Below are positions 58,535-64,000 of a DNA stretch of 64,000 nt, one piece after another. Made by a program: the position numbers and the translations under genes. The notes under the pieces are model-generated. The model was not told where the DNA came from. It made no database searches and was given only the letters and a program-made list of their open reading frames with translations. Within the stretch, counting starts at the first letter, position 1. Each line of letters begins with the position of its first letter. The stretch spans positions 477 through 64,476 of the forward strand of contig CAYFGQ010000013.1 of NCBI GenBank assembly GCA_964342525.1. The letters are read 5' to 3'. Origin of the DNA: an uncultured Arcobacteraceae bacterium (GTDB taxonomy: Bacteria > Campylobacterota > Campylobacteria > Campylobacterales > Arcobacteraceae).

Positions 58535-60487
58535 TTAGTTTCCTTTTAAAGATTGGGCAGCTTCTCTTAGTTCTTTTTTTAGATTACCGATTACATCTTT
58601 GATTGAGTTTCTTAGTTTTGGATCGGTAATATTACCTTTTAAAAGTTTATCCAGATTTGGAAGTTTATCTATGAAGAACTTTAACATAGCTTTAGATTTT
58701 CTGTGGGGATTGTACATTAAGACACCACTTGCAATAAGAGCTACTACAAGATTTGTATGTCCTAGGATTGCTGCATAATTTAGTACAGTAAATCCACCAT
58801 AATCAGGTTCATTCATATCTGCACCTGCAGCTATTAATAATCTTGCTATTTTAAAATTTCCCTTCCATGAAGTATGGTGTAGGGCTGTTCTTCCTTGATT
58901 ATCTTTGATATTAAGATTTGATCTTTTTGAGAGTAGTTTTTCAACTATTTCAGAATCATCAGCAATTACAGCTTTATGGAAAATAGTTCTTCCATTTTTA
59001 TCTATGGTATCCACATCTATTCTAAATTTAAGCATAAATACAAGACGCTCTAAAAGTTGAAGTCTTTCTTTCGGAACAGTGATCTTTACACTCTCATCAA
59101 TAAGTACTGATAATGGAGTATTTCCCTCACTATCTACAATATTTGCATCAGCTCCATTATTCATAAATAGTTTAATAAGATCAAGATTATTATAACTAAC
59201 AACATCAAATAGTGTTGTTCTTCCATCTCTTTTTATAACATTTATTTTTGGTTTATGGGCAAGCATCTTTTTAAGAAGAGTCATAAAGTCTTCTGTTTCA
59301 TCTAGCTTTAAAAATTTTGGATTATATGGTTTTTTACCATTTCTTTGAACAAGAATGATTTCTACTAGATCATCTACTATAGTTCTTTCTTCAAAATCTT
59401 TATGATCAATATTTGCACCCTTTAATAAAAGGTAATCAATCATATTGATATTACTTAGTCCATCTAAAATTGCATCAAATAGTACTGTTTTTCCATCATT
59501 ATCTATAGCATCTACATTAGCACCACTTGCAAGTAAAAAGTCTATTGCTTCATAGTTTTTCTTTTTTACTTCTTTAAAAAGGATTGTTTTACCCTCTTTA
59601 TCTACTCTATCTAAGGCTAATCCAAACTCCATTAAAAAGTGTGTAAGTTTTACATAATTATTCTCAGGTGCAATATGAACAAATCTACCAGATAGTTTTG
59701 CATTTGGGATACTTAAAAGACGAAGGATTTCTAAAAGTTCATCTAAAATTCCATTTCCATCTTTATTTTTTATATTTAGTTTTATTCCTTGTTTTAATAG
59801 GGCATCTACAATATCAAGATTTTTTGCTCCTAGAACAATGGCATTGAAAAGTACATTTTCATTATTCTCATCAAGATGATTTACATCCATCCCACAAGCT
59901 ATCATATACTTTGCAATATCATGGTTCGGGTTTAAAACTGCATCAAATAGTGGTGTTTGCCCATGATTATCAGGCATATCAGGATTTTCCATCACATTTA
60001 GTATCTCTTTTATGATCTCTAGGTTTCTACCTTTTACTGCATCAAAAAGTACAGTTTTTCCATAAGTATCTCGGATTGAAAAATCTGGTTTGAAAGGAAG
60101 TAGGGCTCTAAATATTTTATTATTACCCTCAATTGCTACATCATGAAAGATTGTTCTACCTGAGCTGTTTACATTGTTTATATTTATTCCATTGGATAAT
60201 AAAAATCTAACAATAACTGTATCACCTCTATCAACAGCTTCATTTAGAATAGTTTTCCCATATTGATCTTCTGTGGTGATATCTGCACCATTTTTCATCA
60301 ATAGTTTCATAGATTCTACTTTTTTCTTTTTAGCTAATTCAAAAAGCAGAGTTCTCCCATTGTCATCTGTTTGGTTAATATCTGCGCCCTTATCGATGAG
60401 TTTTTGGACTTTCTCATCATCTATCTGCGCCTTGAAAAGTTCTTTATGAAGTGTTTCATTAACATCAGTTTTTAAAAAACCTAACAT
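58535..60487 (-). CDS. Ankyrin-repeat protein (~15 repeats)
   Basis: The 33-aa unit xGxTxLxxAxxxxxxxxxxxLLxxGAxxN recurs about 15 times (for example NGRTLLFELAKKKKVESMKLLMKNGADI). There is no signal peptide. The stop lies 1 nt before the glmU start. Confidence 0.85.
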   Translation of the reverse strand: MLGFLKTDVNETLHKELFKAQIDDEKVQKLIDKGADINQTDDNGRTLLFELAKKKKVESMKLLMKNGADITTEDQYGKTILNEAVDRGDTVIVRFLLSNGININNVNSSGRTIFHDVAIEGNNKIFRALLPFKPDFSIRDTYGKTVLFDAVKGRNLEIIKEILNVMENPDMPDNHGQTPLFDAVLNPNHDIAKYMIACGMDVNHLDENNENVLFNAIVLGAKNLDIVDALLKQGIKLNIKNKDGNGILDELLEILRLLSIPNAKLSGRFVHIAPENNYVKLTHFLMEFGLALDRVDKEGKTILFKEVKKKNYEAIDFLLASGANVDAIDNDGKTVLFDAILDGLSNINMIDYLLLKGANIDHKDFEERTIVDDLVEIILVQRNGKKPYNPKFLKLDETEDFMTLLKKMLAHKPKINVIKRDGRTTLFDVVSYNNLDLIKLFMNNGADANIVDSEGNTPLSVLIDESVKITVPKERLQLLERLVFMLKFRIDVDTIDKNGRTIFHKAVIADDSEIVEKLLSKRSNLNIKDNQGRTALHHTSWKGNFKIARLLIAAGADMNEPDYGGFTVLNYAAILGHTNLVVALIASGVLMYNPHRKSKAMLKFFIDKLPNLDKLLKGNITDPKLRNSIKDVIGNLKKELREAAQSLKGN

Positions 60488-60705
60488 CTAAATCCTAAAT
60501 AATAATCTTTTAAATCCACGACAATGGATATATAGTATATCTAAAAAACTATTAAAATAATACTTATTACTATTAAGTGACAATAATTAATTTAAAATTT
60601 ATAACATAATTACCATTTTACAGATTATTTTAATACTTCACAAGTAGTTTAAATAATTATTTTAAATATAAATGTAATAAAAAGTAAATAAAGGCAAATT
60701 AACCT

Positions 60706-62274
60706 TTATCTAAATCTTCTTCGATTTCTTCCTTCTGATCTGTTTGATCTATTGGATGGCTTAGATGACCTTCTAGGTCTTCTAAAACTTTCATCTTCTT
60801 TTTTACGAATGAATTTAATACCTTTTTTTAAACTATTTTCAATATATTGATTTAGTTGTATCTGAAAGTTTCTTGCTTTTTTTTCATCAAAAAAGATATT
60901 TGGGAATTTAAAAGACAACCAAAGGTATAAAGATATCTTTTTTATCTCATCTTCTGCTTTTAATAATTCCATAGGATCTTTTGTAACATTTCTTACAGGT
61001 GTAGTTAATCTATATGATAAGGGTTTATTTTTTACTATGGCATCTATATATGAAAAGAACGCACTTTGAATAAGGGGAGATTTTACAGTTACAGGGGCAT
61101 TTGCAAAGATAAACTTTTCTTCAAGGTTAAGCTCCCTTTTTTTATCAAGGATTTTTGCTATGGAAAGCATACTAGATATATTGATAGCTTCAAAAGGACC
61201 ATCAAAATTCATATGTTTTACATAAAACCTTAATATATCAAATAGTTTTTTACTTTGAAGATGTTCAGAGATAGATAAGATCTGATCTAAAGTTGCCTTT
61301 ACATTAAATGGAGGCTTGATAGTTTTTACAGGAATCGTAAATATATGTGCAATCGATTGATGAACTTTATTATTTATCCCTCCAATATATCCAATTTCAT
61401 GGTGACCATATCTTCCTGCACGACCTGCAATTTGTATCACTTCAGATGGTAAAAGTTTTCTTTTTGATTCCCCATCAAATTTTGTATCAGTTGTAAAAAG
61501 TAAAGTCTTAATAGGTAGATTAAGCCCCATAGCTATAGCATCTGTAGCGATTAGGATCTCTGCTTCACCTTCTCTGAAACGTCTTGCTTCTTCACGTCTT
61601 ACTTCAGGAGAAAGGTTACCATATAAGACGGCTACCTTGTGGTACTTTTGAAGCTTTTGTTTTAGCTTTAAAACATCAGCTCTAGAGAATGCTATAAGTG
61701 CTGTATTTGGGCTAATATCTCTAAGATTTATCGCTTTATCTAAGACTTGAAGTTCTGTTTTTCTTTTTACTTTTATGATTTCAAGTTCTTCACCTAAATA
61801 TTCAGCTAGTTTTTTAACTGCATCTAGTGCATTTACTGATCCTGTCATTATAACTGTTTTTGCAGGTGCGCCTATTATGGCATTTACCCATGCCCAGCCC
61901 CTATCTATATCATCTAACATTTGAACTTCATCTATTACACATGTATCTACGTCTAGATTAAAATCTATCATTTCTATAGTAGAGCAGATATGTGCAGCAT
62001 CTTCATCAAATTTTTCTTCTTCACCTGTTATAAGAGATACGGGAATATTTTGTTCTTTAAAAGTTTCATACCCTTCAAGTGCTAAAAGTCTAAGGGGCGC
62101 TAGATATAGTCCGCTATCACTATTTTTAAGTTTTTCCATAGCATGATAAGTTTTTCCACTATTCGTGGGACCCACATAAAATATAAGTTTTCTATTTAAT
62201 TCTCTTGCTAGGGGAAATAGGGATTTTATATCACAGTTGAGTAAATTATTTAGTTTTTCTTTCCAATTTTCCAT
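60706..62274 (-). CDS. SUV3-like superfamily-2 RNA helicase with an Arg-rich C-terminal tail
   Basis: Walker A GPTNSGKTYHA, the DEVQ box and motif VI QIAGRAGR are present. The C-terminal tail reads RRPRRSSKPSNRSNRSEGRNRRRFR. Confidence 0.8.
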   Translation of the reverse strand: MENWKEKLNNLLNCDIKSLFPLARELNRKLIFYVGPTNSGKTYHAMEKLKNSDSGLYLAPLRLLALEGYETFKEQNIPVSLITGEEEKFDEDAAHICSTIEMIDFNLDVDTCVIDEVQMLDDIDRGWAWVNAIIGAPAKTVIMTGSVNALDAVKKLAEYLGEELEIIKVKRKTELQVLDKAINLRDISPNTALIAFSRADVLKLKQKLQKYHKVAVLYGNLSPEVRREEARRFREGEAEILIATDAIAMGLNLPIKTLLFTTDTKFDGESKRKLLPSEVIQIAGRAGRYGHHEIGYIGGINNKVHQSIAHIFTIPVKTIKPPFNVKATLDQILSISEHLQSKKLFDILRFYVKHMNFDGPFEAINISSMLSIAKILDKKRELNLEEKFIFANAPVTVKSPLIQSAFFSYIDAIVKNKPLSYRLTTPVRNVTKDPMELLKAEDEIKKISLYLWLSFKFPNIFFDEKKARNFQIQLNQYIENSLKKGIKFIRKKEDESFRRPRRSSKPSNRSNRSEGRNRRRFR

Positions 62275-62316
62275 TATGGTATAATACCATAAAAAAATTC
62301 AGGGAAAATAACATAT

Positions 62317-63438
62317 ATGAATTGTGAATATTTTGGTAAGTGTGGATCTTGTGTTCTACACCATTTAAACTATGAAGAACAATTAGATTTAAAAGTAAAA
62401 AATGAAAAAGACAGATTTAGTGATCTCTATATGGGTGAATTTGATATATTAAAAAGTGAAACTGAGAGATTTAGAGATAGGGCAGAGTTTAGAATTTTCC
62501 ACTTAGATGGCAAGGTTTTTTATGCAATGAATGATTTTGATAAAAGACCTTTATGTATTGAAGCCTGTAGTATTGTAAGTGAAAAAATTGCTAAAGTGAT
62601 GGATGAGCTTATTGCTGAGGTTCAAAATAATGAAGTTTTAAAAAAGAGATTCTTTTCTGTGGAATTTTTGTCTTCATCGCTAAATGATATTTTAGTAACC
62701 ATGATCTACCATAGAAAACTTGAAGAGGATTGGGTATCTGAAGCTAAAGCTTTACAAGAAAAACTTAATATAAGAATAATTGGTAGAAGTAGAAAACAAA
62801 AACTTGTTTTAGAAAATGATTTTGTAAATGAAAAGATAAAGATAAATGATAGGGAGTTTAAACTTCTATATAAAGAGGGTGGATTTACTCAGCCAAACTC
62901 AGGGGTAAATAAAAAAATGATGACTTGGGTTTTAGACAATTTAAAATCAAAAGGTAATCTTTGTGAGCTTTATTGTGGAGGTGGAAATTTTACTATACCA
63001 CTTAGTACAAAGTTTGATAAGGTTCTTGCCACAGAGATTTCAAAAACATCAATTAGATCAGCATTGCAAAATTGTGAACTGAACTCCATAGAAAATATAA
63101 ACTTTATAAGAATGAGTTCTGAAGAGTTTACCGAAGCACTTAATAAAGTCAGACCTTTTAGAAGATTAAAAGATATTGATCTTGATTCATATAAGTTTTT
63201 AGATAAAGATGAGTTTTCTACAATTTTTGTAGATCCACCACGTGCAGGAATGGATCCTTTAACTACAGATCTTGTTAAAAAGTTTGATCAAATTATATAT
63301 ATTTCATGTAATCCAGAAACTTTACATAGGGATTTAAAAGAGATAGTAAAGACTCATAAAATTATAAAATTTGCTTTTTTTGATCAATTTGCCTATACAA
63401 ATCACATAGAATCGGGAGTAATTTTAGAAAAGATTTAG
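62317..63438 (+). CDS. trmA: tRNA (uracil54-C5)-methyltransferase
   Basis: The Fe-S/Cys motif CEYFGKCGSC, the SAM fold LYCGGGNF, DPPRAG and the catalytic Cys in YISCNP are present. Confidence 0.87.
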   Translation: MNCEYFGKCGSCVLHHLNYEEQLDLKVKNEKDRFSDLYMGEFDILKSETERFRDRAEFRIFHLDGKVFYAMNDFDKRPLCIEACSIVSEKIAKVMDELIAEVQNNEVLKKRFFSVEFLSSSLNDILVTMIYHRKLEEDWVSEAKALQEKLNIRIIGRSRKQKLVLENDFVNEKIKINDREFKLLYKEGGFTQPNSGVNKKMMTWVLDNLKSKGNLCELYCGGGNFTIPLSTKFDKVLATEISKTSIRSALQNCELNSIENINFIRMSSEEFTEALNKVRPFRRLKDIDLDSYKFLDKDEFSTIFVDPPRAGMDPLTTDLVKKFDQIIYISCNPETLHRDLKEIVKTHKIIKFAFFDQFAYTNHIESGVILEKI

Positions 63439-63536
63439 GTTATTTCTTTCAACTTATATAATGATAAGCTTTTTTCAAGAAAATTTTAGTTATCCTTATT
63501 AAAGAAATTAATTAAAAAAAAGAGTAGGTTTGTGAT

Positions 63537-64000
63537 ATGAGAATTAATACTAACGTTGCAGCGTTAAATGCAAATGAAGCCGCTAAGAATACTGGGAGTA
63601 GATTGAACCAGTCCTTAGAAAAGTTAAGTACAGGTTTAAAAATCAATAAAGCAAGTGATGATGCTTCTGGTCTAGCGATTGCTGATAAATTAAGAACACA
63701 ATCAAGTTCATTAGGTCAAGCAATTGCAAATGGTAACTCAGCAGTATCTTTAACACAAATTGCTGATAAAGCAATGGCAGAACAATCAAACATCCTAGAT
63801 GTTGTAAAACAAAAATTAATCCAAGCAGCAACTGCTACAACAAGTGCTGAGGGTAGAGAAGCTATTAGAAAAGATGTATCTAAACTTCTTGATCAGATGA
63901 ATAACATCTCTGCTCAAACAAACTATAATGGTATTTATCTACTTCAAGCAGATAGTACAATAAATGGTGAAGCATCAACTGAGCTTACATTCCAAATGGG
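63537..64000 (+). CDS. Flagellin, N-terminal part (continues beyond the window)
   Basis: It starts MRINTNVAALNA and continues SLEKLSTGLKINKASDDASGLAIADKLR, a conserved flagellin D0/D1 N-terminus. It is not in the ORF track because no stop is reached. Confidence 0.9.
   Translation, partial: MRINTNVAALNANEAAKNTGSRLNQSLEKLSTGLKINKASDDASGLAIADKLRTQSSSLGQAIANGNSAVSLTQIADKAMAEQSNILDVVKQKLIQAATATTSAEGREAIRKDVSKLLDQMNNISAQTNYNGIYLLQADSTINGEASTELTFQM

Noticed and set aside
63643-63831. 62-aa minus-strand ORF near the window end
   Set aside because: It is antisense to the conserved flagellin N-terminus (63537 onward), which is the real gene here.

Overview
This is a low-GC chromosomal segment from a Campylobacterota bacterium. 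Gene content, synteny and protein motifs fit best with the Arcobacter group (Arcobacteraceae). It spans the replication-origin neighbourhood (ruvC <> dnaA-dnaN-gyrB) and is mostly housekeeping. Recognised genes include typA, ispDF, an HP1021-type atypical response regulator, pgpA, a PIN/PhoH ATPase, hemJ, rarA, rluB, kdsD, RNase J, rsmA, hisF, nfo and an NDH-2-like oxidoreductase. Also present are queH, lpxB, fabZ-lpxA-clpX-mreBC-purT, ahpC-dps-perR, truA-lptF/G-prepilin peptidase-uppS-coaBC-glmU, a SUV3-like helicase, trmA and the 5' end of a flagellin gene. I recognised no rRNA, tRNA, CRISPR array, transposase, integrase or prophage genes. The best candidate for an undescribed system is a tightly packed, very AT-rich three-gene operon at 17.9-21.2 kb. 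It encodes a PI-PLC-X-domain phosphodiesterase, a protein made of two copies of an uncharacterised ~105-aa module (also found at the N-terminus of the PLC-like protein), and a class-3 lipase. None of the three has a signal peptide. A second accessory block is an IclR-flanked acyl-CoA cluster at 0.2-8.2 kb. It has three CitE/HpcH-type lyase domains, a double-hotdog MaoC hydratase and an unusual acyl-CoA ligase::CitE-like fusion. Other notable items are a ~15-repeat ankyrin protein directly upstream of glmU and an AAA+ ATPase directly downstream of nfo. Non-coding signals include DnaA-box-like clusters on both sides of dnaA, a tandem heptamer array carrying the same box 20 kb away, and a repeat- and hairpin-rich 360-bp spacer with a related fragment 12.6 kb downstream. 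All product calls come from reading the translated ORFs and motifs by eye; no database search was run.
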